Below are positions 8,504 to 18,199 of a DNA stretch of 64,000 bases, piece by piece; positions within the stretch are counted from its first letter, which is position 1, and every line of letters begins with the position of its first letter. Source of the DNA: Anaerolineales bacterium (GTDB taxonomy: Bacteria > Chloroflexota > Anaerolineae > Anaerolineales > E44-bin32); assembly GCA_034430425.1 (NCBI GenBank), contig DAOUEK010000032.1:11890-75889 (forward strand). The letters are read 5' to 3'. Under the pieces are notes generated by a model. The model was not told the DNA's origin. It saw only the letters and a list, made by a program, of their open reading frames with translations, and did not search any database. The position numbers were made by a program, and so were the translations under genes.

Positions 8504-9007
8504 TTACTCTTCTACAACGACGTCTTCACATTCCATGCCAGTCCAATCGTCCATCGTAAATTCACCCGCCGTCCACTGCGCCATGACAGCCGCCAGGCGT
8601 TCGGTGTCGACCCGACAAATCTGGTTGAGCTGCTCCTGATTTGCTGCATCCTCCGTCATTTGGATCTGTTCATCGATCATTTCCTGGGTCAGACCCATCT
8701 CCAGCATCTGGTCCATGGCTTCCTCTGAGAATTCAACCTCGACACCTTCCGAAAGAATCTTGAACACGCAAAGGCCATCCTCCTCGCCCACGATCTCTTG
8801 ATAGGAGGTTGAAGTTATTTTTATACCCATCATTTCAAGTTCGATTGGGAAAAGGACTTTGGCGGGTTCGCATTTTTCCGCGGCTTCGGTGAAACACTGC
8901 ATGTCCTCCCCACAATCCTTGACACCCGATGCGCCCGGCATGTTGCATGCCGCGACAATCAACAGCAAGGCAATCAAGGCCACCAATGTAACGATTCGTT
9001 TGAACAT
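8504..9007 (-). CDS. Hypothetical lipoprotein
   Basis: ORF track, 167 aa. Signal peptide with a lipobox, MFKRIVTLVALIALLLIVAAC. AAGGAG lies 7 nt upstream of the ATG. The mature part is acidic. Confidence 0.55.
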   Translation of the reverse strand: MFKRIVTLVALIALLLIVAACNMPGASGVKDCGEDMQCFTEAAEKCEPAKVLFPIELEMMGIKITSTSYQEIVGEEDGLCVFKILSEGVEVEFSEEAMDQMLEMGLTQEMIDEQIQMTEDAANQEQLNQICRVDTERLAAVMAQWTAGEFTMDDWTGMECEDVVVEE

Positions 9008-9488
9008 AAGCCTGCTCCTTTAGCAATTTTCCACCGAGTCCAAACTGGATGTGACCTCGATGGTTGAGTGATCGACTCAATCCAACTGCGATGAGGCGAT
9101 TTCGGATATTCCACCCTTACAATGAAAGGTCTGAATGGATTTTAACACAGAGAACTGGCATTTTCCCCCTTTCGCAAGAGGAAAGCATATACAATCCAAG
9201 ACGCCATCCTCCAACAGGTATTACATTTTCATTAGCCCGCCATCTCAATATCTGAGTCTCTTCCAAAAACGAATTACACTTTGGCACGATCGCAAACATT
9301 ATTGAGAATAACCAATCGCCACGCTGAATATAAACAACCCGGCAGCTGACATTCGAGTGTGAGGCTGATATCTATCGGGCAGTCAATATACCTGTAGCAA
9401 GATATCAATTCCAAGTAAACCGCAAATATTCATTTCGGCTTCTCTACAAATACAGATCGATCTTGAGATGCATGCCGAACGATGCCGA

Positions 9489-11915
9489 TCAGGCCACATT
9501 CAAACGCACGACCGTCACCCCGTCACCGCCCTCAGCGGGCTGCCCCGACTCAAAGGAAGCAACATAGGGGCTTCTCTGGAGCACCTGCCGAACTGCACGA
9601 CGCAAGCGGCCGCTCCCCTTTCCATGAACCACTCGCAGGTAGGGCATTCCCGCTAAAAAAGCGGCATCCAATCGGCGGTCCAGTGCCTCGAGGGCATCAT
9701 CGATGGTCCATCCGTGGATGTGCAGTTCAAGCGGCGGGCTATCGATTATGGGCGTGGATATCGATCGCCTGTCACGCGAGGCGTTGCCTTTCTGCGTCCC
9801 TTTTTTTCGTTTCGGTAACGATCCCTCTCCCGCCGGCAATAATTCGTTAAGCGCGGCCCTGACCCGCAGGCGACCCACCTGGACTTCCGCATGGTCTTGA
9901 TCCAATGATTGAATCACCCCTTCAACAGCGATCGTGCGTAGGAATACCGCATCACCTTTTTTATATGCATGGACAGGTTTTTCCCCATCATCTATTTGGA
10001 GTGAATCGCTTACCGATTTTGTCAGTGTTTCAATTTCCTTCTCTGCGTCCTTCAAAGCTTCTTTCGTCCGTCGAGTTTGAGAGAATTCCTTTTTGATTTT
10101 ACGCAGTTCGGTGCGTAAATTCTCAAGCTCGAGATCGGCTTTTTGCTGTGCCGCAAGCAGGATTTCATCGCGCTCCTTATCGATGTCCTTCAAACGTCCG
10201 GAGAGTTCTTCTTTCATTGCAAAGGCTTGCTGGCGTTTCACTTCGGCTTCACTTCGGTCTTTTCGCGTCAGTTCGCGCTGGGTATGGATCTCATCCAACA
10301 ATTGCTCGGCTTCCAGGTCAGCCGTGGAAAGCATCGCCCGAGCATTCTCGATAATGGTCTCTTCCAGCCCCAACCTCGCAGCGATCGCCAGTGCGTTGGA
10401 ACGCCCCGGCAGACCGATATGAAGGCGATATGTCGGGCGCAAACTTCGCAAATCGAATTCCATGCTGGCGTTATTCACTCCAGGCGTACTGTGTGCATAG
10501 GTTTTCAGTTCAGGATAGTGGGTTGCAACCAATGTGGTAATCGAGCGCGCAAGCAGCTCTCCGAGGATGGCTCGTGCCAGGGCAGCTCCCTCCTGCGGGT
10601 CCGTGCCTGCCCCCAACTCATCGAGCAATACCAGGGACTTCGAGGTCGCTCGATCGAGAATCGCTTTGATATTGGAAACATGGGATGAAAATGTTGAGAG
10701 CGATTGCTCAATGGATTGCTCGTCGCCAATATCGGCATATACCGCATCAAAGATTGAGAGCTCCGATCCGGATTCCGCCGGGATATGAAGCCCGCACTGC
10801 GTCATCAAGACAAGCAGCCCAGCCGTCTTCAACGTAACCGTCTTTCCCCCGGTGTTGGGGCCGGTGATTACGAGAGCGTAGGTGTCCTTTTTCAAAATCA
10901 AATCGACCGGCACGACACGATCAGCGTTTAGCAATGGATGCCGCGCATCGATTAACCGCATCGTCGACCCGGGATGAGGTGACGCAGTGCCGTCCTGAAC
11001 AGGTTTAAGGATCGGCTCGCTGGCATCGATCGATCTCGCATAGCGCGCCTTCCCGAAGGCGAGATCGAGCCCGGCAAGGCCATCAACATTGCGATGGATC
11101 GCCTCTGTTTGTTCACCAATCTGCAGGGACAGCTCAGCCAGGATCCGTCGGATTTCATCACGTTCAGCCAGCTGAAGCTCACGAACCTGGTTGTTGAGAT
11201 CCACGACCTGCAGAGGCTCGACGAACAATGTCGCTCCTGAAGCGGACTGATCGTGAACGATTGCCTCGATCCGCCCCTTGAAATCCGCCTGCAGGGGTAT
11301 CACAAAACGGCCTTCGCGCTGTGTGATAATGGGTTCCTGCAGCAGCTGTGCGGTCTTGGGATTATTAATCATGCGCTCGAGTTTACCCATCAATCGGTCA
11401 TGTGCAACCCGCAGGTCCTTACGAATCGTACCCAATTTCTGCGAGGCGCCATCCAGCACCTCACCGCGATCGTCGATAGTTTTCGAGATCGAATCGATCA
11501 ATCCCGGAAGCGATTCCAGGCTCGACGCAATCGCTTTAAGCAGCGGGAATGATTCGTTCAACTTGTCGAATCGCCGACGCTGCTCGCGAGCAGCGATGAG
11601 CATGCTCTTGACATCCAACAGATCCGCCGCCTCAAGCACCGCACCGTGTGCGGCCGCATCGACCTGGGCTCGAACGTCACGCGCTCCGCCGATACTTACA
11701 TCAGGTTGGATACTTAACAGCAAACATGCCTCCGAGGTTTCCGCCTGGCGATGACGGACAGCCTCCAGATCCGTCAGGGGCTGCAGTGCCAGCGCTTTTT
11801 CCCGGGAAGCCGAAAACGCGGTGCAACTTGCCAAACGCTGGAGAACAAGGTTCAATTCCAACGTCTCGTTGGACTTTACATCCATAGCGAAGGCAGTGTA
11901 ACATGATTTCATCAT
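9489..11915 (-). CDS. mutS2: Endonuclease MutS2 (MutS domain V ATPase plus C-terminal Smr domain)
   Basis: ORF track, 808 aa. Walker A ITGPNTGGKTVTLKT, then LVLLDELGAGTDP, and a C-terminal Smr domain LELHIHGWTIDDALEALDRRL...LRVVHGKGSGRLR. The true start may be the internal MDVKSNETLE. Confidence 0.9.
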   Translation of the reverse strand: MMKSCYTAFAMDVKSNETLELNLVLQRLASCTAFSASREKALALQPLTDLEAVRHRQAETSEACLLLSIQPDVSIGGARDVRAQVDAAAHGAVLEAADLLDVKSMLIAAREQRRRFDKLNESFPLLKAIASSLESLPGLIDSISKTIDDRGEVLDGASQKLGTIRKDLRVAHDRLMGKLERMINNPKTAQLLQEPIITQREGRFVIPLQADFKGRIEAIVHDQSASGATLFVEPLQVVDLNNQVRELQLAERDEIRRILAELSLQIGEQTEAIHRNVDGLAGLDLAFGKARYARSIDASEPILKPVQDGTASPHPGSTMRLIDARHPLLNADRVVPVDLILKKDTYALVITGPNTGGKTVTLKTAGLLVLMTQCGLHIPAESGSELSIFDAVYADIGDEQSIEQSLSTFSSHVSNIKAILDRATSKSLVLLDELGAGTDPQEGAALARAILGELLARSITTLVATHYPELKTYAHSTPGVNNASMEFDLRSLRPTYRLHIGLPGRSNALAIAARLGLEETIIENARAMLSTADLEAEQLLDEIHTQRELTRKDRSEAEVKRQQAFAMKEELSGRLKDIDKERDEILLAAQQKADLELENLRTELRKIKKEFSQTRRTKEALKDAEKEIETLTKSVSDSLQIDDGEKPVHAYKKGDAVFLRTIAVEGVIQSLDQDHAEVQVGRLRVRAALNELLPAGEGSLPKRKKGTQKGNASRDRRSISTPIIDSPPLELHIHGWTIDDALEALDRRLDAAFLAGMPYLRVVHGKGSGRLRRAVRQVLQRSPYVASFESGQPAEGGDGVTVVRLNVA

Positions 11916-12002
11916 GTTTTCTATTTCGTTGAACTGCAGTGCGTTCTAACACGCACAGGCATACTGTTTCCAAATCCAAGGTGAGGGGATAAGAGAGATA
12001 TC

Positions 12003-12269
12003 ATGCCCATCAAACGTAAAACCAACGATCCCGGCGATCCTTCGTTCAAACCATTGATGCGCAGTTTGGCGCTGGAGCTCTGCATCTATGCCCCACTCGT
12101 TACGGTTTACTTCATCGTGGTCTTACATTTCGCCAAGGAGCCGTTGGTACAGCTCTATCAGGAAGGCGCAACGAGCTATGCCTTCATCACGTTAATTCTC
12201 ATCCTGGCGCAGGGTGTTTTATTGGAAGCGTTCACGTCCTGGCTGCTGCGTAGAATCGGTTTGAGGTAA
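12003..12269 (+). CDS. Hypothetical small membrane protein (2 TM)
   Basis: ORF track, 88 aa with two hydrophobic segments. It ends 6 nt before the TSUP transporter gene on the same strand. Confidence 0.4.
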   Translation: MPIKRKTNDPGDPSFKPLMRSLALELCIYAPLVTVYFIVVLHFAKEPLVQLYQEGATSYAFITLILILAQGVLLEAFTSWLLRRIGLR

Positions 12270-12275
12270 TCGTAA

Positions 12276-13166
12276 ATGGAGTTCCCCATCGCAGGCGTGA
12301 TTGTCAATCCCTTCTTGCTCGCGGGCACGGGGTTTATTGTCGGCATCTTGGGTGGGTTTTTGGGAGTCGGCGGCGGCTTCCTGGCCGGCCCCCTCATGTT
12401 TTGGGCCGGCGTGCCGATCGACTTCGTCGTAGGGACCGACCTGGCTCACATGACGGGAAAATCGCTCGTCGCCGCTCGAAGCCACCGCGCCCTTGGACAC
12501 GTCGACATCCGTTTGGCGATGCTCATGATCCTGGGAACCGTACCGGGAGTCGAGATCGGCGCACAAATCATCGAAGCCTTAAAACCAAAAGGCAACACGG
12601 AGCAGGTTGTCGGAATCTTCTACGTGATCATCCTCACATTGATTGGATCCTTTACGGCATGGGAAAGTATGCGTACCATCCGGATGAGACGTACGGAACA
12701 AATCGCCGCACAAGATGCTGTGGAGAGAAACGGCCTGCTTTACCAATCGCGTCTTTTTCGCATTCCCCCGTTTGTCAAACTGCCCGTATCCGGTGTTGGG
12801 AAGGTTTCCGTTTGGGCCATCCTGTTTGTTGGTCTGCTGACCGGCGTTCTCGCCGGATTCCTGGGCGTCGGCGGGGGTTTTTTACGCATGCCCTTGATGG
12901 TATACGCGCTGGGCATCCCCACCCACGTCGCCGTGGGTACAGATCTTTTCGAAATTGTGATCTCGGCCGGTTACGGCACGGTCAGCCATGCACTCAAGGG
13001 CAATGTGGACGTTCTCATCGCACTGACCATGCAAACCGGTGCTGCCATCGGCGCGCAGATCGGAGTCGCTGCAACACGCTACGTTTCCGGCCCAGGGATT
13101 CGATTGGTCTTTTCCTTTCTTCCCTTTATAGCTGCCGCCATGGTCCTTCTACGGATTGCTTTTTAG
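12276..13166 (+). CDS. TSUP (TauE/SafE) family anion exporter
   Basis: ORF track, 296 aa, polytopic. The family motif occurs twice (GGFLGVGGGFLAGPLM and AGFLGVGGGFLRMPLM). Confidence 0.8.
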   Translation: MEFPIAGVIVNPFLLAGTGFIVGILGGFLGVGGGFLAGPLMFWAGVPIDFVVGTDLAHMTGKSLVAARSHRALGHVDIRLAMLMILGTVPGVEIGAQIIEALKPKGNTEQVVGIFYVIILTLIGSFTAWESMRTIRMRRTEQIAAQDAVERNGLLYQSRLFRIPPFVKLPVSGVGKVSVWAILFVGLLTGVLAGFLGVGGGFLRMPLMVYALGIPTHVAVGTDLFEIVISAGYGTVSHALKGNVDVLIALTMQTGAAIGAQIGVAATRYVSGPGIRLVFSFLPFIAAAMVLLRIAF

Positions 13167-13179
13167 TAACGGAGGTTGA

Positions 13180-14031
13180 ATGGATCATTCGATAAATTCA
13201 GAAGCGAAACCACTGGCTCTATTCGGTATCGGGAATCTCCCGCTCGATCAAAATGCGCTTGCCTACTCGAAAATGATCACCAAGTCGCTCGGTCTGCGTC
13301 CTGTCCTTGTACACGTTGCAAAGAAAGGTTCCTCACGCGCAGAAACCGAGGCGATACTCAATGATACAAAAGATCAATACCCGGAAGATGAGGCCGATCG
13401 TTTGATTCTGAAGGGCTCACCCAAAACCGAGATCTTACACGAGCTCGAAAGTAAGAACTATAAACTTTTAATCGTGGGCAGCTCGTTTCGTGAAGCGGAG
13501 CAACCGATCCCATCGCTCAGCCGTGAACTTGCCCTGCGGTCGAACACCAGCGTTCTCATCGTTCGCAATCCTCCGCAGCGTTTTCATCAGATCCTTATCT
13601 GCACCGGCGCCCATACTATATCTCTCGACTCTATCGCCTGGGGAATCCAACTTGCCAAATCCGCTCATGTAAAGGCTACGATTCTGCACGTTGCATCCGG
13701 CGCCCCGGCCATGTACACCGGTCTCTCCGCCCTCGAAGAAGGTCTCTCTGAAGTACTCGAACGCGATCATGCATTAGCCCAGCACCTGCGGCAATCGGCG
13801 AATATGGCTGAAGAAGCCGGCGTGGAAGCGAGAATAGAATTCCGTCACGGAATGGTTCTCGAGGAAATCTTGCGGTCGTGCGAGATGGATGTTTTCGATC
13901 TGGTGGTCATCGGTGCTCCCCTGCCACTCATCCGTATCGAACAGCTTCTTATGGGGCGCGTAGCGCCCAAACTGCTGGCAAGCTGCAAATTTCCGATCGT
14001 GATCGTGCGCAACAACAACACATCCTTTTAA
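13180..14031 (+). CDS. Universal stress protein family, tandem Usp domains
   Basis: ORF track, 283 aa. Two halves each end in Usp-like strands (LLIVGSS...SVLIVR and LVVIGAP...PIVIVR). Confidence 0.6.
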   Translation: MDHSINSEAKPLALFGIGNLPLDQNALAYSKMITKSLGLRPVLVHVAKKGSSRAETEAILNDTKDQYPEDEADRLILKGSPKTEILHELESKNYKLLIVGSSFREAEQPIPSLSRELALRSNTSVLIVRNPPQRFHQILICTGAHTISLDSIAWGIQLAKSAHVKATILHVASGAPAMYTGLSALEEGLSEVLERDHALAQHLRQSANMAEEAGVEARIEFRHGMVLEEILRSCEMDVFDLVVIGAPLPLIRIEQLLMGRVAPKLLASCKFPIVIVRNNNTSF

Positions 14032-14182
14032 GCCATTTTCGCTGTTCCAGAGATCCCCGCAGCATACTTCTTCTCGGGAATGCCGCGTTCCACAGTAGAA
14101 CTGGCGGATTATCCATAATCGGTATACCCTCAACCGGATCGATTTCCACAACACGCCGATATCAATACAGGAAGGATTTCCG

Positions 14183-15055
14183 ATGCGAGATCTCCGTGAT
14201 GCGTTTGTTGAGTTGATCCGACTGGCATCCACCGACCTTTCACCCGACGTCGAGAAAGCACTCATCGCTGCCCGCGAGCGAGAAACCGAAGGTTCCGCCG
14301 CCAGGGGCGCGATGGACAGCATCGTAGACAACGTCGCTTTGGCGCGGGAAAATTCGACACCCATTTGCCAGGACACCGGCACGCCGATTTTCTACGTCCG
14401 GCATCCCCGGGGATGGAGCATACGCACATTAAGAGAACAAATCCGCGCGGCAACCGCCCGGGCAACCGCTCACACCTATTTGCGCCCCAACGCCGTTGAC
14501 GCCATCAGCGGCGTGAACAGCGGGACCAATCTGGGTGATGATGCTTTTCCCACAATTCACTTCGAGGAAGTTGACGATGAGGTATTAACTGCTGATCTCA
14601 TGCTCAAAGGGGGCGGCTGTGAAAACGTTGGCGCGCAGTACTCACTGCCAAATTCAACCTTGGGCGCAGGAAGAGACCTGGAAGGCGTACGCAAGGTTGC
14701 CCTGGATGCCGTTTATAACGCCCAGGGAAAAGGCTGTTCACCGGGGATTCTCGGCATTGCAGTTGGCGGGGACCGAGGTTCCTCGTACGCCGCATCGAAA
14801 AAAGTCCTCCTCCGAAAGATGGACGAACCCAATCCGATCGAAGAACTCAATCGGCTTGAAGAACGCCTGACATCGGAATCCAACCAACTTGGCATCGGAC
14901 CGATGGGATTCGGCGGTGAGACGACTGTATTGGGCGTCAAGCTGCGCGGGATGCACCGCCTGCCCGCCAGCTACTTTGTCTCTGTATCCTATATGTGCTG
15001 GGCGCACCGCAGAAGGCGCATGATTGTACGGGGCGATGAAGTGATCTACGAATAG
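14183..15055 (+). CDS. Class I (Fe-S) fumarate hydratase / tartrate dehydratase, alpha subunit
   Basis: ORF track, 290 aa. Motifs PICQDTGTPIFYV and LKGGGCENV are typical of the FumA/TtdA N-terminal-type subunit. Confidence 0.85.
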   Translation: MRDLRDAFVELIRLASTDLSPDVEKALIAARERETEGSAARGAMDSIVDNVALARENSTPICQDTGTPIFYVRHPRGWSIRTLREQIRAATARATAHTYLRPNAVDAISGVNSGTNLGDDAFPTIHFEEVDDEVLTADLMLKGGGCENVGAQYSLPNSTLGAGRDLEGVRKVALDAVYNAQGKGCSPGILGIAVGGDRGSSYAASKKVLLRKMDEPNPIEELNRLEERLTSESNQLGIGPMGFGGETTVLGVKLRGMHRLPASYFVSVSYMCWAHRRRRMIVRGDEVIYE

Positions 15056-15065
15056 GAGCAAGTCC

Positions 15066-15689
15066 ATGGTTGCTTTACACATTCCCATCGATGACGAAGC
15101 CATCCGTGATCTTCATTTCGGCGATTCGGTATCCCTCTCCGGGGTTCTGATCACGGGACGAGACACGGTTCACAAATGGATGATCGAGACTTTCATCAGG
15201 CAAACCCGGGAACCGCAAGGCGATGATCAGCAGGTGTATGACATCATCCAACCCATCCTCGATGGTGGCGCCATTTATCACTGCGGACCGGTGGTCGCAG
15301 GCCTGGATACTGCTGCCTACCGATTCGTCGCCGCGGGCCCAACGACGAGCATTCGCGAAGAGCCCTACCAGGCTGAGGTCATGCATCATTTCAACCTGAA
15401 GGCAGTGATTGGCAAAGGTGGAATGGGGGAAAGCACCCTGGCAGCTTGCCGGGAAGTGCCGGGTGTCTATTTACATGCCATCGGTGGCGCGGCATCGCTG
15501 ATCGCCCAATCGGTTCGCAGCGTGTGCGGCGTGTACAAACTGGATTTCGGCGTCCCGGAAGCGATCTGGGTGATCGAAGTCCGGGATTTCCCTGCAGTAG
15601 TGACCATGGACGCACACGGCAACAGCCTGCACGCCGAAGTCGCCGCGCACTCGAAGATGGTGCTGGAAGAATTGATCGGCGCTGATTAA
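15066..15689 (+). CDS. Class I fumarate hydratase / tartrate dehydratase, beta subunit
   Basis: ORF track, 207 aa. Motifs LITGRDTVHKWM, IYHCGPV and GKGGMG. It starts 10 nt after the alpha subunit. Confidence 0.85.
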   Translation: MVALHIPIDDEAIRDLHFGDSVSLSGVLITGRDTVHKWMIETFIRQTREPQGDDQQVYDIIQPILDGGAIYHCGPVVAGLDTAAYRFVAAGPTTSIREEPYQAEVMHHFNLKAVIGKGGMGESTLAACREVPGVYLHAIGGAASLIAQSVRSVCGVYKLDFGVPEAIWVIEVRDFPAVVTMDAHGNSLHAEVAAHSKMVLEELIGAD

Positions 15690-15761
15690 CCCGCCAGTTG
15701 CAGTCTAACGGATAAGACCAAGCAATCGAAAACAAAGATACACCTCACCCGATGACTTTGT

Positions 15762-15941
15762 CTACCGGCTTGGTTCGCCGGCGTCCTCCCTTTCAATAGC
15801 TTCACAGACCTCTAACTCACGACGCAGGTGTCGAAAACGAAGTGCAAGGCTGGCGATATACAACACGACGCAGCCCAGGATGACTGCATAACCCAGGACC
15901 ATGTAGTTAAACGTATCGATAGGTGTATCGATTGGATTCAT
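15762..15941 (-). CDS. ccmD: Heme exporter protein CcmD-like (59 aa, single TM)
   Basis: One residue below the ORF-track cutoff. My translation is MNPIDTPIDTFNYMVLGYAVILGCVVLYIASLALRFRHLRRELEVCEAIEREDAGEPSR, with TAG at 15762-15764. It has one TM helix followed by a basic RxRxLRREL tail, and sits directly downstream of ccmC, as CcmD does in ccmABCD operons. Confidence 0.6.
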   Translation of the reverse strand: MNPIDTPIDTFNYMVLGYAVILGCVVLYIASLALRFRHLRRELEVCEAIEREDAGEPSR

Positions 15942-15986
15942 GATGGCTCACTCCACAAAGGTACAAAACGCCTGCCCGCCACAACA

Positions 15987-16694
15987 CTAGCTGTCATGAG
16001 ACAACAACTTCATTTTCCGAATTTCCAGCTTTTCCGACAGCTCCTGTAAACGCAAGCGATGCCACAACAACGTCCCATAGATGAAAGAAAATGTCAGCAG
16101 GCTGAAGAAAAAAGCAATCTGCATCCTCGGACCACTCATTCCCGACGATAAAGCATCCCCGGCTCCAAAAACCACCGGATGGATAGAGCGGAAAATGCGA
16201 ATGGAGAAGAAAGTCAGCGGCACGCTCATAAAGCCGAGAATGCTGTACACAGCGGCGAAACGCGCCCGACGATCCGGATCATCCACACCCTGGCGCAGCA
16301 TGATATAGGCCAGGTAGACCAGCTCCATAACCGTAGCCGTAACCAGACGGGGATCCCACGTCCACCAGGTATTCCAAATCGGCCGCGCCCATATCGAGCC
16401 GCTCACAATGTTGATAAAGGTGAAGACTACGCCAATCTCTACCGAAGCCATCGCCACGCGATCCCAGCGTCGCTCACGGCGGATCAGGAACAGCGCTCCC
16501 GACAATGCGGCAACAAGGAAAGCCAGTGCGCCAACCCATCCCGCAGCAACGTGGAAATAAAACACACGCTGCACGTCACCCATGATCGCTTCACGGGGTG
16601 CATACCAGATCGACAAATACAACCCAACGGCAACCAACGCGATGGTCAGCCAGTTCAGTATCTTCAATTGCCTGGGCATCGGCTCCATCTTCAA
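15987..16694 (-). CDS. ccmC: Heme exporter / heme-handling protein CcmC
   Basis: ORF track, 235 aa, polytopic. Contains the tryptophan-rich WWD motif WNTWWTWDPRL. Confidence 0.85.
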   Translation of the reverse strand: MKMEPMPRQLKILNWLTIALVAVGLYLSIWYAPREAIMGDVQRVFYFHVAAGWVGALAFLVAALSGALFLIRRERRWDRVAMASVEIGVVFTFINIVSGSIWARPIWNTWWTWDPRLVTATVMELVYLAYIMLRQGVDDPDRRARFAAVYSILGFMSVPLTFFSIRIFRSIHPVVFGAGDALSSGMSGPRMQIAFFFSLLTFSFIYGTLLWHRLRLQELSEKLEIRKMKLLSHDS

Positions 16695-16779
16695 ATCTCC
16701 ACCGATTCCGCTCCAATCGATACCTTCGGAGCAGGAAATGGAAAATTATCTTTCAGTATACACATCCTCAATGCCTGAT

Positions 16780-17508
16780 CTACTCTTCAACCACGTATTC
16801 AAAAACCAGGAATGCGATCGCCGTAAAGATCAAATCATAAGCAATCAAGAGATTCATCCAGGGCATGATATCACCCACTTCGAAGGCCTGTAAAAAGGCG
16901 TTGCTGGCTTTGAGCGCAGGTATCAGCACGGGAAGCACGATAGGGAAGAGTAAGGTCGGCAAGAGCACATCACGCGTGCGGGTTTGCACCGTCATGGCAG
17001 CCAATAACGTCCCCACGGCGACATATCCCCAGGAACCCAGGATAATGGCCAATACAAGCCCGGGCACGAACAGGTTGACACTGTAGAGGACACTATACAG
17101 CGGGAGAATGATCGCTTCGACAATCAGCATGAAAAGTAAATTGCCAATCACTTTCCCAAAATACAGGGCACTGCGATCGATCGGCGCCAACAACAAACCA
17201 TCCAGACAGCCACGGTCTTGTTCCATGGTCATGGAACGATTCAGCCCCAATGTCCCTGCAAAAGCAAACGTCACCCATAAAACACCGGAGGTGACGGACT
17301 CGCGGGTTACGATATCGAGTTCGAGCGCAAAATTAAAAATGAGAACCACAAGCAAGGCAAACACCAACATGGCGCTGATCATCTGCCGATTGCGCAATTC
17401 CGCAGCAATATCCTTCCATACGATGGCGCCGATAACATGTAAATACCCTCGCAGAGATGCTCTTCGGGATTTTGATATTTGGGTTTCGGATTCGACGCGT
17501 TTAACCAC
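16780..17508 (-). CDS. ccmB: Heme exporter permease CcmB
   Basis: ORF track, 242 aa, about 6 TM. Has a CcmB-like EQDRGCLDGLLLAP segment. It overlaps the ccmA stop by 8 nt. Confidence 0.75.
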   Translation of the reverse strand: MVKRVESETQISKSRRASLRGYLHVIGAIVWKDIAAELRNRQMISAMLVFALLVVLIFNFALELDIVTRESVTSGVLWVTFAFAGTLGLNRSMTMEQDRGCLDGLLLAPIDRSALYFGKVIGNLLFMLIVEAIILPLYSVLYSVNLFVPGLVLAIILGSWGYVAVGTLLAAMTVQTRTRDVLLPTLLFPIVLPVLIPALKASNAFLQAFEVGDIMPWMNLLIAYDLIFTAIAFLVFEYVVEE

Positions 17509-18199
17509 GGGTCACCGACCGATACATCTCAAGCAATTGCTGCGTCTCGATTTCCCCTTGTTTGAACGAAGCCGCAATTTTGCCCCTGGACAGAAAATCA
17601 ACCCGGGTTGCAAGATCGGAAGCCCGCTGTAAATCGTGCGATGTCATCACGATCGTGCGGCCGCGCTGGGCAACTTCCCGCAGCAGGCCATCCAACATCT
17701 CCGCCGCATCAGGGTCGAGTCCCGTATGCGGCTCATCTAAAAGCAGCAATTCAGGTTCATGCAGTATCGCCCGGGCGATCGCCAGACGCTGCTGCATCCC
17801 ACGCGAGAACCTGCGCACCAGATCGCGGCGACATCGTTGTAATCCAACCAGACTGATGGCATCGCGGATTCGCTCTTCCAGGTTTTGAACGGCGTACATC
17901 TTGCCATAGAAGCGCAGGTTCTCCTCCGCCGTCAGATCCCCGTAGAGCAAGGCCTGGTGTGACAGCATCCCGATCTTTCTCCGTACGTCGGCCGCTTGCG
18001 CCGGCAAAACGAAACCGGCCACGCGCAAAGTCCCGGCATTCGGCCTGGCGAGTGAGGCGAGGATACGCAAGAAGGTAGTTTTTCCGGCTCCGTTAGGACC
18101 GACGATGGCCACAAATTCTCCACGATCAACCATGAAATCAATGTCATGCAGAACAGGCTTGAGGCCATAATGCTTTAATATATGCCTGGCCTCAATCAT
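17501..18199 (-). CDS. ccmA: Heme exporter ABC ATPase CcmA
   Basis: ORF track, 232 aa. Walker A GPNGAGKTT, signature FSRGMQQRLAIARA, Walker B LLLLDEP. Confidence 0.85.
   Translation of the reverse strand: MIEARHILKHYGLKPVLHDIDFMVDRGEFVAIVGPNGAGKTTFLRILASLARPNAGTLRVAGFVLPAQAADVRRKIGMLSHQALLYGDLTAEENLRFYGKMYAVQNLEERIRDAISLVGLQRCRRDLVRRFSRGMQQRLAIARAILHEPELLLLDEPHTGLDPDAAEMLDGLLREVAQRGRTIVMTSHDLQRASDLATRVDFLSRGKIAASFKQGEIETQQLLEMYRSVTRG

Noticed and set aside
9008-9488. A roughly 480-bp gene-free, comparatively AT-rich gap between the lipoprotein gene and mutS2; possible ncRNA or degraded gene.
   Set aside because: I found only small local hairpins (for example TTGAGT-GATCG-ACTCAA at 9064-9080). 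I saw no recognisable RNA family signature, no convincing promoter/terminator pair and no ORF with an RBS. It is worth a covariance-model scan, but I have nothing to support a call.
12401-13195. A 264-aa plus-strand ORF overlapping the TSUP transporter gene.
   Set aside because: It is an off-frame reading of the TSUP gene and is extremely Arg/Pro/His-rich (RRADRLRRRDRPGSHDG...). The in-frame TSUP product carries the duplicated GVGGGF motif.
16179-16778. A 199-aa plus-strand ORF antisense to ccmC. The same reasoning applies to 13774..14382 minus, 17108..17632 plus and 18660..19274 plus.
   Set aside because: All of them lie antisense to, or out of frame with, genes that carry diagnostic motifs. 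Their composition is typical of spurious long ORFs in GC-rich DNA.
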